From NCBI GenBank assembly GCA_902801845.1, contig CADCJW010000004.1, positions 7,936-71,935 on the forward strand: 64,000 nt of DNA. The letters are read 5' to 3'. Position 1 is the first letter of the stretch, and each line of letters begins with the position of its first letter. Position numbers and translations under genes: made by a program. This stretch comes from an uncultured Eubacteriales bacterium. GTDB taxonomy: Bacteria > Bacillota > Clostridia > Christensenellales > CAG-138. The notes beneath the pieces are model-generated. The model was not told the DNA's origin. It was given only the letters and a program-made list of their open reading frames with translations, and did no database searches. Of this stretch, positions 34,049 to 44,345 are shown piece after piece.

Positions 34049-35956
34049 ATGAGCGAAACGAAAGTCAGGATCCAGGACGATCTATATGAAGCGGTCAACG
34101 GCGAATGGCTCAAGACCGCCGTGATCCCGGAGGACAGGCCCACCACCGGCGGCTTTTCCGATCTCGATCAGGACGTGGAGAGGATCATGATGGCGGACTT
34201 CGCCGCCTTTGCGGCGGGGGAGAAGACCAGCGACATCCCCGAGATGCAGTATGCCATCGCCCTCTATAGGAAGGTGCTGGACGTGGAAAGGCGGAACCGG
34301 GAGGGGATCGCCCCCGCCCTGCCCCTGCTTCAGAAGCTGCAGGGGATCAAGACCGTGGACCAGCTCAACGATCAGGCGGCGGAGCTGCTGATAGAGGGCG
34401 CGGATCTGCCCATCCGGATGGAGGTCACCGCCGACATGGCGGACGCCACGAAGCACGCCTTCATCGTGGTGGGGCCGGAGATCATCCTGCCTGACACCAC
34501 TTACTATGGGGCGGACAACCCCGCGGGCAAGCAGCTGTTGGCCATCTGGGCGGACATGGCCGCCAAGGCCCTCGCCTTCACCCCCCTCAGCCCGGAGGAG
34601 CAGAAGCAATATCTGGACGACACCCTGGCCTACGACGCCCTGGTGGCCCAGAAGGTCAAGAGCCAGCTGGAGTGGTCCGAATACTACAAGTGCCACAACC
34701 CCATGGACGTGGAGGAGGTAGCCGCCCAGGTGGCGCCCTTCGACGTAAAGAAGCTCCTGGCGGACCTGTATGGGGCGGATGCTCCCAAGATCCTGGTGGT
34801 CTACGATCCCAAGGCCATCCGGGAGATGAACGGCTACTTCTCCGCGGAGAACTTTGAGCTCTACCGCCACTGGGCCTATGTGAAAGCCCTGCTGCGGAGC
34901 ACGGCGTACCTTTCCGAGGAGCTCTGTGCCCTGGGCCGGACCTACCGGCGGGCGCTGACGGGCGTGGCCTCCGATCCGTCCCTGGAGAAGCAGGCCTATC
35001 AGACCGTTTCCCAGATGTATTCCGAGCCCGTGGGCGTCTACTACGGCCGGACCTACTTCGGCGAGGCGGCCAAGGCGGACGTGGTGGCCCTGGTGAAGAA
35101 GATCATCGAGACCTACAAGCTCCGCATGCAAAAGAACACCTTCCTGGCGGCGGAGACCAAGGCGCGGGCCATTCAAAAGCTCTCCACCATCGAGATCAAG
35201 ATGGGCTACCCCGACGAGATCAAAGAGATCTGGTCCAAGCTGATCTTCGACGAAGACGCTTCCTATCTGGAAGCCATGCAGAGCCTGTTCGCCGTCCGCG
35301 TCCGGGATATGCTGGACAAGATCAACAAGCCCGTGGACCGGACCGAGTGGCTCATGCCGGGCCACATGGTCAACGCCTGCTACAACCCCAGCGCCAACGA
35401 CATCACCTTCCCGGCGGCCATCCTGCAGAAGCCCTTCTACGCCCTGAGCCAGAGCGTCAGCGAGAACCTGGGCGGCATCGGCGCGGTCATCGGCCACGAG
35501 ATCTCCCACGCCTTCGACAACAACGGCGCCAACTTCGACGAGAACGGGAATCTGAAGAACTGGTGGAAGGAGGAGGATTTCGCCGCTTTCAAGGAGCTGA
35601 CGCGGGGCATGATCGAGCAGTTCGACGGCATCGAATTCCACGGCGGCAAGGTGAACGGGGAGCTGACGGTCTCTGAGAACATCGCCGACAACGGCGGCAT
35701 GGGCGTGACGCTGGAGATCATGCACACCCTGCCCGATCCGGATTATCAGGCCTACTTCAAAAACTGGGCCCGGGTCTGGTGCATCAAGGCCAAGGAGGAG
35801 TATATCCAGCTGCTTTTGGCCAACGACGTGCACTCTCCTGCCGTCTTGCGGGCCAACATGGCGCCCCGGAACTTCCCGGAGTGGTACGATGCCTTCGGCG
35901 TCACCGAGAAGGACCGGATGTACATCGCCCCGGAGAAGCGCATCAGCATCTGGTAA
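34049..35956 (+). CDS. pepO: M13-family zinc metalloendopeptidase (PepO-like)
   Basis: HEISHAFD zinc motif and ENIADNGG. Confidence 0.9.
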   Translation: MSETKVRIQDDLYEAVNGEWLKTAVIPEDRPTTGGFSDLDQDVERIMMADFAAFAAGEKTSDIPEMQYAIALYRKVLDVERRNREGIAPALPLLQKLQGIKTVDQLNDQAAELLIEGADLPIRMEVTADMADATKHAFIVVGPEIILPDTTYYGADNPAGKQLLAIWADMAAKALAFTPLSPEEQKQYLDDTLAYDALVAQKVKSQLEWSEYYKCHNPMDVEEVAAQVAPFDVKKLLADLYGADAPKILVVYDPKAIREMNGYFSAENFELYRHWAYVKALLRSTAYLSEELCALGRTYRRALTGVASDPSLEKQAYQTVSQMYSEPVGVYYGRTYFGEAAKADVVALVKKIIETYKLRMQKNTFLAAETKARAIQKLSTIEIKMGYPDEIKEIWSKLIFDEDASYLEAMQSLFAVRVRDMLDKINKPVDRTEWLMPGHMVNACYNPSANDITFPAAILQKPFYALSQSVSENLGGIGAVIGHEISHAFDNNGANFDENGNLKNWWKEEDFAAFKELTRGMIEQFDGIEFHGGKVNGELTVSENIADNGGMGVTLEIMHTLPDPDYQAYFKNWARVWCIKAKEEYIQLLLANDVHSPAVLRANMAPRNFPEWYDAFGVTEKDRMYIAPEKRISIW

Positions 35957-36036
35957 AACATCCCATACAGGAAGTCGGAGGAAGAGGGATCTTTCTCCGG
36001 CTTTTTTGGTTGCGAATTTTGGGGAAATGGCGTAAA

Positions 36037-37113
36037 ATGAGCAGCATGAAGAAATACGCGCTTTGGATGATGCTCATATGCTGCGCCCTGCTGCTGGCGG
36101 GGTGCGTTGAAAAAGTCCCGGCCCAGGCGGCCGCTGCGGCCACGGAGGCCCCGGAGACGGCGGCGCCTACGGACGTCCCCACCCCCACGCCCACGGTGGA
36201 GGTGGTGGAGATCGTGCTGACCCCCGCCCCCACGGCGGCGCCCACCGACACCCCGGAGCCCACGGATACGCCGACGCCTACGGATACGCCGACGCCCACG
36301 GCCACGCCCACCCCGGACTGCCTTCATGGAGGGGACCATCCGGACGTGTTCCAAGCCGGGGAGCCGGTGAAGACGGAAACCAGCTATGTGAGCGAGAACG
36401 TTTGCATCACGATCCAGCGGATCGAGAACCCCGAGGGCTTCCCCAAGCCCATGGTCTGCTTCGTGGCGGACATCTACATCGAGGACATCACCAGCCTCCG
36501 CTCCGCCTGGTCCAAGGACACCCTGCAGGACAGCGCCAACGCCCCCGGGGACGTGCTGGACTTGATGGCCCGGGAGGACGCCCTTTTGATGATCAATGGG
36601 GATTATGTGAGCAAGTGGAACTTCGGCTGCGTGGTCAAAAACGGCCAGGTGGCCCGGCAGGTGGACAACCCCCGGTACGACGCCTGCGTGCTGCTCCGGG
36701 ACGGGACCTTGCTCACCCTGGACGGGAACAAGACCAGCAGCGAGCAGATCCTGGCCATGGACCCCTGGCAGGCCTGGTGCTTCGGCCCCGCCCTGCTGGA
36801 CGAGGCGGGCCACGCCAAGGAGACCTTCAACTCCAGCCTGACCGGGCCTAACCCCCGGACGGTGCTGGGCTACTATGCCCCGGGCCACTACTGCTTCGTG
36901 GTGGTGGAGGGCCGCCGGGACAAGTACTCCAAGGGCATGAACCTGCAGCAGCTGTCCCGGTTCATGGAGTCCCTGGGCTGCACCGCGGCCTACAACATGG
37001 ACGGGGGGGACAGCTCCGTATTGGCCTTCGACGGGCAGCGGGTGAGCAAGCCCCGGAGCCGCCGAAGCGTGCCGGACGTGATCTACATTTGTGAACCAAG
37101 AAAGGAGAACTAA
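36037..37113 (+). CDS. Lipoprotein, phosphodiester glycosidase (DUF2233/NAGPA-like) domain with Pro/Thr linker
   Basis: Lipobox LLLAGC and a PT-rich linker TDTPEPTDTPTPTDTPTPTATPTP. The C-terminal domain ends ...AYNMDGGDSSVLAF. The start is ATG 36037 or 36046. Confidence 0.65.
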   Translation: MSSMKKYALWMMLICCALLLAGCVEKVPAQAAAAATEAPETAAPTDVPTPTPTVEVVEIVLTPAPTAAPTDTPEPTDTPTPTDTPTPTATPTPDCLHGGDHPDVFQAGEPVKTETSYVSENVCITIQRIENPEGFPKPMVCFVADIYIEDITSLRSAWSKDTLQDSANAPGDVLDLMAREDALLMINGDYVSKWNFGCVVKNGQVARQVDNPRYDACVLLRDGTLLTLDGNKTSSEQILAMDPWQAWCFGPALLDEAGHAKETFNSSLTGPNPRTVLGYYAPGHYCFVVVEGRRDKYSKGMNLQQLSRFMESLGCTAAYNMDGGDSSVLAFDGQRVSKPRSRRSVPDVIYICEPRKEN

Positions 37114-37117
37114 GCAT

Positions 37118-37981
37118 ATGTTCAAGGACAAGGCGGGGAACTTTTCCCCCTTCAAACTGGTGGGGCTGATCCTGGTGGTCATCCTCCTCGTCGTCTTCGT
37201 CAGCGCCAGCTACGTGGTGATCCCCGCGGGGCATACGGGCGTGGCCCTCACCTTCGGCAAGGTGGAGGACACGGTCCTCCAGGAGGGCCTCCATTTCAAG
37301 GTGCCCTTCGTCCAGAAGATCGCGGTCATGGACAACCGGATCGTGAAGCTGGACGTGAACACCGAGGCCTTCAGCAAGGATCTGCAGACCATCACCACCG
37401 TGGTGGCCGTCAACTACCACGTGGGCAAGGAGAACAGCCAGACCGTCTATAAAAACGTTGGGCTGAACTTTGAGGAGGTCCTCATCACCCCCGCCGTCAA
37501 CGAGGTCTTGAAAGCGGTCACCGCCAAGTACACCGCCGTGGAGCTGGTGAGCAGCCGGGCGGAGGTAAGCATGCTCCTGGACGACGGGCTCAACGAGAAG
37601 CTGAACAACTACGGCATCTTCATCAACGAGCTGAACATCATCAACTGGGACTTCTCCGAGGAGTACATCAACGCCGTGGAAGCCAAGCAGGTGGCGGAGC
37701 AGAATCTGATCAAGACCCGCACCGAGCAGGAGCAGGCCCTGGTCATCGCCAACACCGAGGCTCAGAAGCGGGTCATCGCCGCCGAGGCGGAGGCCAACGA
37801 GATCAAGGTCCTGGCGGAAGCTAACGCCGAGTCCAACCGGATCCTCACCGAGTCCATCACGGACCTGCTCATCCGGTATCAGACCGTTGCAAAGTGGGAC
37901 GGCAAGCTCCCCACGGTCATGTCCGGCGGGGACAACATGCTCATCGACATCCCCCTGACTTCGGATCAGCCCGGGGAATAA
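37118..37981 (+). CDS. SPFH/band-7 (prohibitin-like) membrane protein
   Basis: N-terminal TM helix, then an SPFH-like domain (VVIPAGHTGVALTFGKV...). AAAGGAGAA lies upstream of ATG 37118. Confidence 0.8.
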   Translation: MFKDKAGNFSPFKLVGLILVVILLVVFVSASYVVIPAGHTGVALTFGKVEDTVLQEGLHFKVPFVQKIAVMDNRIVKLDVNTEAFSKDLQTITTVVAVNYHVGKENSQTVYKNVGLNFEEVLITPAVNEVLKAVTAKYTAVELVSSRAEVSMLLDDGLNEKLNNYGIFINELNIINWDFSEEYINAVEAKQVAEQNLIKTRTEQEQALVIANTEAQKRVIAAEAEANEIKVLAEANAESNRILTESITDLLIRYQTVAKWDGKLPTVMSGGDNMLIDIPLTSDQPGE

Positions 37982-37988
37982 AACGGAC

Positions 37989-38726
37989 ATGGAAACCGAA
38001 AGCAGGGACGGTCATCTTATACCGGACAAAGCGCGGGTGCTGAGCGGCAGCCTCCTGAAGCTGATCGCCGTGGTTTCCATGTTGATCGATCATGTGGGGG
38101 CGGTCATCGTGATCCGGTATCCCCGGGTGCCGTTGATATCCCTTGGGAGCCATACCCTGACCCTGTATGCCCTCATGCGCTTCCTGGGCAGGATGGCTTT
38201 CCCCCTCTACGCGTTTTTGATCACAGAAGGTTTTGTTCATACCGGGGATCGGCGCAAGTACGCCCTTCGCCTCCTCCTGTTCGCGCTGTTGTCGGAGGTC
38301 CCTTTCGATCTGGCGTTCAACGGGACCTGGTTCGCCATAAAGAACCAAAATGTGTTCTTCACCCTGTTCCTGGGCTTCCTGGGGCTATGTGCTCTGGACC
38401 GGTTCAGCGGCAGCGGCTGGAAGCAGCTTCTTTCCCTGTTGGGCCTCTTTTTGGCGGCACTGTTCCTTAAATGCGATTATGGCGTCAGTGGGTACGGGTT
38501 CATCCTGCTTATGTATGCACTGCGGAAGGAGCGCATCCTCCGGGCGGTGATCGGCGCCGGGTATCTGTCCTCCCGATGGAAGGCGGGACTCGCCTTTTTG
38601 CCCATCGCCCTGTACAGTGGGAAGCGGGGGTTCGTCCGGGGACGTGTTTGGCAGTACGTTTTCTATGTTTTTTATCCCGGCCACCTGCTGCTGCTCTATT
38701 GGATCAGCCGGCAGCTATTTGGCTGA
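37989..38726 (+). CDS. TraX-family membrane protein
   Basis: LKLIAVVSMLIDHVG... opening and polytopic profile are typical of the TraX family. Confidence 0.65.
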   Translation: METESRDGHLIPDKARVLSGSLLKLIAVVSMLIDHVGAVIVIRYPRVPLISLGSHTLTLYALMRFLGRMAFPLYAFLITEGFVHTGDRRKYALRLLLFALLSEVPFDLAFNGTWFAIKNQNVFFTLFLGFLGLCALDRFSGSGWKQLLSLLGLFLAALFLKCDYGVSGYGFILLMYALRKERILRAVIGAGYLSSRWKAGLAFLPIALYSGKRGFVRGRVWQYVFYVFYPGHLLLLYWISRQLFG

Positions 38727-38761
38727 TACGGTGATCAAGTATATCGAAAGGGAAAAGAGTC

Positions 38762-39562
38762 ATGGATAAACGCAAACAGATCCTGGAAAGCATCTACGGC
38801 GACGGGCGGGAGGAGACCCGCCTCGCCCGGACCCGCCATGGGCAGCTGGAGTATTTGACCACCATGGACTGCATCGACCGGTACGCGCCCTATCCCGGCG
38901 CCGTTTTGGAGCTGGGGGCGGGGACCGGGACCTATTCCTTGGCTCTCGCCCGGGAGGGATACCGGGTGACGGCCCTGGAGCTGGCGGACGGGAACGTGAA
39001 GATTCTGCGGGAGAAGGCCAAGGGCCAGCCCCGGCTTACGGCGCTCCAGGGGGACGCCCTGGATCTGAGCTCCTTTGCGGACGATTCCTTCGACCTTACC
39101 CTGTGCCTGGGCCCCCTGTACCATCTCTTCGATCCGCGGGACATGGACCGGGCGCTGAACGAGGCCATTCGGGTCACCAAACCCGGCGGCACGATCCTGG
39201 CGGCCTTTTTGTCCGTCCACGCCATCCTTTGCTGCAACTATCTGCAGCGGCCGCCCTATCATGTGGGCGCGGGCCTGGAAGAAAACTTCGAGGGGGATTT
39301 GAAGACCGTTCGCCACTTCCCGGAGCAGGGGTTCACCGGCTTCACGGTGGAGGGATTCGAGGCCTTGTTTGCGGACAAGCCCGTTTCCCATATCGCCACC
39401 GTATCCACCGACGGTCCTCTGGAACTGGCGGAGGATCGGGCGGACTTCTATATGACCGACGAGGACTTTCGCCTCTTCTCCGCCTATCATCTGGCCCACT
39501 GCCGGGACAGGGAGCTGCTGGGCATGTCCAGCCACCTTTTGTACTGCTGCTATAAGCGCTGA
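38762..39562 (+). CDS. Class I SAM-dependent methyltransferase
   Basis: Motif I VLELGAGTGTYSLALAREG. Post-I acidic residue in LELAD. Confidence 0.8.
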   Translation: MDKRKQILESIYGDGREETRLARTRHGQLEYLTTMDCIDRYAPYPGAVLELGAGTGTYSLALAREGYRVTALELADGNVKILREKAKGQPRLTALQGDALDLSSFADDSFDLTLCLGPLYHLFDPRDMDRALNEAIRVTKPGGTILAAFLSVHAILCCNYLQRPPYHVGAGLEENFEGDLKTVRHFPEQGFTGFTVEGFEALFADKPVSHIATVSTDGPLELAEDRADFYMTDEDFRLFSAYHLAHCRDRELLGMSSHLLYCCYKR

Positions 39563-39622
39563 TATCCACTCAGGCACTAAAAAGACCTCCTTGCGGAGGC
39601 CTTTTTTTGTGGTGCGCTTGAT

Positions 39623-40792
39623 TTACTTCTGTATGGGCTCAAATATGATGTCCGTCAGGAACTGGATGGCTGCCTGGATCTGATCGTCCGTCAGAATCTT
39701 GCTGGCCGTATTGGGGTTGGGCGTCATGGTGAACTCCACGAAGTACCCCTTATAGACGGACAGGATCTTCACGAAATCCTCGTCGGAGCCGATCTCCCGT
39801 GCCACCAGAAGCTTGGTGCCGTAGCCGGTCTCCTTGTAGGTGATCTCCACCTCGTTCATGGAGGTAAAGGAACTCTCCAGAACGGCCAGGTCGTCGGCGG
39901 ACATATCGTTCATCCGATCCACTTCGCCATAGAGCTCGTCATAGGCGATGTCCAGGTACATCTCGGGCTTGGTCATGTCCTCGGACAATATGGCGGCATG
40001 GATGCTCTCGCCCCGCATATCGATCACCTGGATGTTGTAGTCCGCAGGCAGCTTGCAGGTCAGCTCAAATTCACCGTTGACGTTCAGCTTGCCCAGCTTC
40101 TGCGTTCCGTCGTTCGCTTCTTCGGTGACGAACTTCTTGTCCAGCTTGACCGTGAGGCTTTTGAAGATGTATCCGATCCTGCCGGTCTCAGGATCCCGGG
40201 CCCGCCACCAGTTGTTGGTCTCGCCCACGGCGATCAGCTCCTTGCCGGAGTGGAATGCGGTGATCTTGGACGTGATGGTGGAGGGGCCGACGCGATAGTT
40301 GACCGTGCTGGTAGACCGCTTGGGACGAACGGCGATGTAGCAAGGCTCGATCTCCTTCTCGCTCTTGAGCTCCTTATCCAGCTCAGCCTGTTGCTTTTTG
40401 AGCTCAGCAGCCTGCTTCTTGGGATCCGTGGTGGGCTTGGGCGTAGCGGGCGCCTTAGTAGGCTTTTGGTAGGGCGCGGGTTTTTCACTTACCAGGTAGC
40501 GGGTCTGAACATAGCCATCGCCCAAAGAACCCCACACCAATTTAGACCAACCATCGTTGCCGGCATAGGACCAGTCCACCGCGACCAGCTGACCGTATTG
40601 AGCGTACCCGATGATCTCCGCTTTCTTGTTGGGCTGGGCGCGGACGGCCAGTTTCTTACCGTTGTCGGTCTTTACATACATCTCGCTGAACCCATAGGTG
40701 TCTGCATGCGTGACGGCGGGGATCAGGGGGAGCATCAGGGCCAGTACCAGGACCCACACCAGGACATTTTTGAGAGAAGTACGAGTAATCAT
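39623..40792 (-). CDS. Secreted protein with two bacterial SH3 domains
   Basis: Signal peptide after ATG 40792 ([30 protein letters not shown]). Two SH3b-like segments are separated by a K/P/T-rich linker. Confidence 0.7.
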   Translation of the reverse strand: MITRTSLKNVLVWVLVLALMLPLIPAVTHADTYGFSEMYVKTDNGKKLAVRAQPNKKAEIIGYAQYGQLVAVDWSYAGNDGWSKLVWGSLGDGYVQTRYLVSEKPAPYQKPTKAPATPKPTTDPKKQAAELKKQQAELDKELKSEKEIEPCYIAVRPKRSTSTVNYRVGPSTITSKITAFHSGKELIAVGETNNWWRARDPETGRIGYIFKSLTVKLDKKFVTEEANDGTQKLGKLNVNGEFELTCKLPADYNIQVIDMRGESIHAAILSEDMTKPEMYLDIAYDELYGEVDRMNDMSADDLAVLESSFTSMNEVEITYKETGYGTKLLVAREIGSDEDFVKILSVYKGYFVEFTMTPNPNTASKILTDDQIQAAIQFLTDIIFEPIQK

Positions 40793-40921
40793 GTTTTGTT
40801 TCCTTTCTTTTATCAAAAGAATTGTAGAAATTATATATCCGTTTTGGATCAAAAACAAGACCTGCATACAAAAAAACGGGCAGCCATTGTTGGCTGCCCG
40901 TTCCGGTTCAAGTGGCTATCT

Positions 40922-41359
40922 TCACTCGATGGCGATGGTCCGCTTCTCCTCCAGCTTCCGCTGGTCCTCCTTGGGGAATTCGAGGGTCAGGACGCCGGCG
41001 TCGTATTTGCCCTTCACGTCCTCGGCCTTCACGTCGCCGATGTAGAAGGTACGGCTGCAGGAGCCGGAATACCGCTCCTGGCGCAGGATCTTCTTGCCCT
41101 GGTGCTCCTCCTTGTTGAGGGACTTCTGGGCGCTGACGGTCAGATACCCGTCCTTCAGATCCACCTTGATGTCCTCCTTTTGGAAGCCGGGCAGCTCGAT
41201 GGCCATCTCATAGCCCTGCTCGCTCTCCCGCACATCGGTCTTCATCAGGTTCTTGGCATGCTTGCCGTACAGCTCCCGGTCCGCATTGAACCAGTCGCGG
41301 TCGAAGTTGGTGTTCCAAAGATCATCCAACAGGTTTTCTCCGAAAATACTGGGCAACAT
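40922..41359 (-). CDS. Hsp20/alpha-crystallin small heat-shock protein
   Basis: Alpha-crystallin domain [39 protein letters not shown]...[12 protein letters not shown] 41359 follows AAGGAAG. Confidence 0.88.
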   Translation of the reverse strand: MLPSIFGENLLDDLWNTNFDRDWFNADRELYGKHAKNLMKTDVRESEQGYEMAIELPGFQKEDIKVDLKDGYLTVSAQKSLNKEEHQGKKILRQERYSGSCSRTFYIGDVKAEDVKGKYDAGVLTLEFPKEDQRKLEEKRTIAIE

Positions 41360-41441
41360 AGTAAACACTTCCTTTCTCTTTTTCCATGTCACCTGGGGGC
41401 TTTCCTTTCTATCTTGCCCCCTTCGTTTCCTTACAATGCAC

Positions 41442-41469
41442 AGTATACTCACCTTTTTAGCACTGTCAA
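41442..41469 (-). promoter_or_regulatory. hsp20 promoter TTGACA-16 nt-TATACT (minus strand), -35 inside the CIRCE spacer
   Basis: The reverse complement of 41464-41469 is TTGACA and of 41442-41447 is TATACT. Confidence 0.55.
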
Positions 41470-41483
41470 TAGGAGAGTGCTAA
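41457..41483. promoter_or_regulatory. CIRCE element (HrcA operator) TTAGCACTG-N9-GAGTGCTAA
   Basis: Matches the consensus TTAGCACTC-N9-GAGTGCTAA at 17 of 18 positions. It lies ~100 nt upstream of the hsp20 start. Confidence 0.85.
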
Positions 41484-41620
41484 TCGTCATAAAGGAATCA
41501 CGATCGCCATATTTGTGTCAAAATTCACGGAGAAAACCCGGCATGAACGTGAAAAGGGGATGGAAAAACCAAAACGGCTGTGCTATACTATCATATATTC
41601 TTAATAAGGAGAATAAAGCA

Positions 41621-42043
41621 ATGGAGAAAAAAGGTATCGTAGCTGAATTCAAAGAGTTCATCACCCGTGGCAACGTGATGGACATGGCCGTGGGCATCAT
41701 CATCGGCGGCGCCTTCACCGCCATCGTCACCTCCCTGGTGAACGATCTGCTCATGCCCATCATCGGAGCCATCTTCGGCGGCATCGACTTCACCAGCCTC
41801 AAGTATGTCATCCGCGCGGCGGACGAGGCGGCCGGCATCGAGGAGGCCGCCATCCGGTATGGCAGCTTCATCCAGGCCATCGTCAACTTCCTGCTCATCG
41901 CCATCGTGATCTTCCTGCTGGTCAGGGGCCTGAACAAGCTCCGCCGGAAGAAGGAGGAGCCCGCCCCCGAGCCCGCGCCCGATCCCGAGCCCTCCGAGGA
42001 AGTGAAGCTTCTCACCGAGATCCGCGACGCCCTGAAGAAATAA
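41621..42043 (+). CDS. mscL: Large-conductance mechanosensitive channel
   Basis: [41 protein letters not shown] is the canonical MscL N-terminus. AAGGAGAA lies upstream of ATG 41621. Confidence 0.92.
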   Translation: MEKKGIVAEFKEFITRGNVMDMAVGIIIGGAFTAIVTSLVNDLLMPIIGAIFGGIDFTSLKYVIRAADEAAGIEEAAIRYGSFIQAIVNFLLIAIVIFLLVRGLNKLRRKKEEPAPEPAPDPEPSEEVKLLTEIRDALKK

Positions 42044-42050
42044 GGCAAGC

Positions 42051-42078
42051 AAAAAAAGCCCCTGACGGGGCTTTTTTT
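42051..42078. terminator. Bidirectional rho-independent terminator
   Basis: A7-GCCCC-TGAC-GGGGC-T7, between convergent mscL and the deacetylase gene. Confidence 0.8.
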
Positions 42079-42089
42079 GTTTGCTTTGT

Positions 42090-43580
42090 TTACCGCCTGC
42101 GTTTGATCAGCGTCGTCGCGAGGGCGATAATGAGGCCCAGGGCCACCAGGGCGCCGGCGGCCAAAATCCACGTCGTGGGCAGGGCGTCGCCGGGATCGGC
42201 GGGGGCCGGCGTGTCCGCAGGTGTGGGCGCCGGGGTATCCGTAGGCTCAGGGGATGGCGTGGGCGTGTCCGTGGGCACAGGCGTGGGCGTGGGGGCATCC
42301 GTAGGCACGGGGGTGGGGGATGGCGTATCCGTGGGCACGGGGGTCGGCGCAGGGGTGGGCGTAGGCTCCGGGGTGGGGGTGGCGGAGAGGCAGTTCAGGG
42401 GGATGTGCTCCAAAAAATCGTTCTTCTCCACATCCTCGCCCACGGTGGTGAAGTAGAGGCCGTATTTGCGGCAGTCGTATTCGTTGGACTTGAGCACGTC
42501 CAGCCAATAGCTTCGTTGGGACTTGTGGAAGGCGTAGGCCTCCTGGGCGATCTCAAAGGCGGTCTTGCCGCCGAAATAGGCCAGGGGCTTGTCGAAGTCC
42601 ATCACCATCTGGTTCTGATCGTATAGGTGGAGGTACAGCTTCTTTACCTGCCAAAGGCCGTACTCCGCCGCGGACTGGGGGAACTTTTCCGGGTCCGGCG
42701 CGTCCGCCACGGCCTCCCGGCAGTTCCGGCTCACCAGACCATGGCTCACGTTTTGCGGGTTTTCAAAATAGTATTGAACGTATTCCCCCATGACGTCGTG
42801 GGTGATGACCACCTCGGGCTTGAAGCGGCGGATCTCTCGGGTGATCTTCTCCTCCAGGCGCAGCCGGTTCTCCTCCTCGGTGATGAAGAACACGGGGAGC
42901 GTCCGCATGCCGCTGTACCAGAGACCGTTCAAGGCCTCCCCATGCCGGTCCGGCTCGGGCACGTAGCAGTAGACCACCTGGACCCGCAGGCCCCGCTCCG
43001 CCGCGTAGGTGGGGATGATGCCGCCCATCATGACCAGCTCGTCGTCGGAGTGGCAGGCCACCAGCATGATATCGCACTTCTCCGGGGCCATCTCCCACAG
43101 GTGGACGTCCGCCGGCAGGCGGGCCGCGTCGTATACGTGCCATTCCGTCAGCCGGCAGCCGCCTTTCCCGTAGCCCCGGATCACCTCCAAGGTCACGCCA
43201 CGCGCCCCTTCCGGCACGATGAGGTACCCCCGTTCCCCCTCCCGGTAGCGGACGCTGGTGGACAGGGGCCGGTTATCCGCGTCATAGAAGGTATAGCGGC
43301 ACTCGTCCGGCGGCAGGATCCATTCCCAGTAAACGATGCCCACGGGCACGTCGCTGGTCCAGTAGATGCCGCCCTTGCTGCCCGGCTTCAGGTCCGCGCC
43401 GCTGGTGTACCGGTTGTCCGTGAGTCGGGTGGGAAAGTTGCAAAAGCCCTGCCAGTCCAGGGTGCACCGGTCGTTGAGCAGGGGATCCGGCTCGGGGGTA
43501 GGCGAAGCTTCCCCCTCCGCCCGGGCGAGGGACAGGGGCAACAGTAGCAGGAACAGCAGAAAAAGCAGATGTTTTTTCAC
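42090..43580 (-). CDS. Surface-anchored PIG-L/LmbE-family deacetylase with N-terminal accessory domain, Pro/Thr repeat stalk and C-terminal TM anchor
   Basis: GTG 43580 follows AAGAGG, with signal peptide [24 protein letters not shown] motif is [14 protein letters not shown]. The stalk is PTPVPTD[TA]P repeats, and the C-terminal hydrophobic helix ends KRRR. Confidence 0.7.
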   Translation of the reverse strand: MKKHLLFLLFLLLLPLSLARAEGEASPTPEPDPLLNDRCTLDWQGFCNFPTRLTDNRYTSGADLKPGSKGGIYWTSDVPVGIVYWEWILPPDECRYTFYDADNRPLSTSVRYREGERGYLIVPEGARGVTLEVIRGYGKGGCRLTEWHVYDAARLPADVHLWEMAPEKCDIMLVACHSDDELVMMGGIIPTYAAERGLRVQVVYCYVPEPDRHGEALNGLWYSGMRTLPVFFITEEENRLRLEEKITREIRRFKPEVVITHDVMGEYVQYYFENPQNVSHGLVSRNCREAVADAPDPEKFPQSAAEYGLWQVKKLYLHLYDQNQMVMDFDKPLAYFGGKTAFEIAQEAYAFHKSQRSYWLDVLKSNEYDCRKYGLYFTTVGEDVEKNDFLEHIPLNCLSATPTPEPTPTPAPTPVPTDTPSPTPVPTDAPTPTPVPTDTPTPSPEPTDTPAPTPADTPAPADPGDALPTTWILAAGALVALGLIIALATTLIKRRR

Positions 43581-43683
43581 AGGAGACCTCTTTAGATCGG
43601 AAAGAGATGATATGGAAAAATAGCACATTTTGGCCCGTTCGTCAAGGTGAGCCCTACGGCGCAAACTTTTTTGAAAAAAGGTA

Positions 43684-43744
43684 TTGACAAATATATCGGC
43701 CGGCGGTATACTCTAACCACGATATAACGATAGCCGATATAACG
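43684..43744 (+). promoter_or_regulatory. padR promoter TTGACA(43684-43689)-17 nt-TATACT(43707-43712) followed by direct repeats CGATATAACG (43720-43729, 43735-43744)
   Basis: Read directly. The repeats lie between the predicted TSS and the RBS, which fits an autoregulatory operator. Confidence 0.55.
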
Positions 43745-43768
43745 GCGACCGATAAAGGAGGCGAGCGT

Positions 43769-44086
43769 ATGAATGGACAGGCGGCCCTGACGGAAGCGGT
43801 GTACTACATCCTGCTGTCCCTGGCGTCCCCCCGGCACGGGTACGGCATCATGCAGGAGACGGAGCGAATGAGCGATGGTCGGGTGAAGCTGGCGGCAGGG
43901 ACCCTCTATGGGGCATTGAACGGCCTGCTGGACAGGGGTTGGATACGGGCGGTCCCCGGGGCGGAGGACAGCCGCCGGAAGGAATACGCCCTGACAGACA
44001 AGGGAAAAGAGGCCCTGGAGAGTGAATTGGATCGGCTCAGGGAGCTGGTGGATAACGGAGAAAGCGTGCTGGGAGGGAAAGTGTGA
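43769..44086 (+). CDS. PadR-family transcriptional regulator
   Basis: YYILLSLASPRHGYGIMQE...LAAGTLYGALNGLLDRGWI winged-helix PadR signature. Confidence 0.88.
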   Translation: MNGQAALTEAVYYILLSLASPRHGYGIMQETERMSDGRVKLAAGTLYGALNGLLDRGWIRAVPGAEDSRRKEYALTDKGKEALESELDRLRELVDNGESVLGGKV

Positions 44087-44331
44087 TGGAAGATAAGAGG
44101 AAAGAGCTGCCGGAGCAGCCGGAGAAGCGCGGAGACAAGAAGAAGGTCGATTCGGGTATGGTCCTGGGCATGTGCATCGGCCTGGCCGTGGGTGCCGCTA
44201 TCGGCGCCGCCACCAAAAATTTGGGCATGTGGATGCCCATCGGCATGGGTCTCGGCATGGTCGTGGGCATGTCCTTCGACAGCGAGAAGAAGGAAAAGAA
44301 GGACGACGGCGACGATCAGCCGCAGGCATAA
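44086..44331 (+). CDS. Small membrane protein (Gly/Met-rich TM hairpin, charged tails)
   Basis: The ORF overlaps the padR stop (GTGTGATG). The start is GTG 44083 or ATG 44086. Confidence 0.55.
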   Translation: MEDKRKELPEQPEKRGDKKKVDSGMVLGMCIGLAVGAAIGAATKNLGMWMPIGMGLGMVVGMSFDSEKKEKKDDGDDQPQA

Positions 44332-44345
44332 AGCAGGGAGGGAGC

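Noticed and set aside
42180-42375. Regularly spaced short DNA repeats considered as a possible CRISPR-like array. The same consideration applied to 36150-36310, 56585-56665 and 51408-51505.
   Set aside because: The units are 6-27 nt and contiguous with no unique spacers. Except for 51408-51505, they lie in frame inside genes, where they encode Pro/Thr linkers. There are no cas genes.
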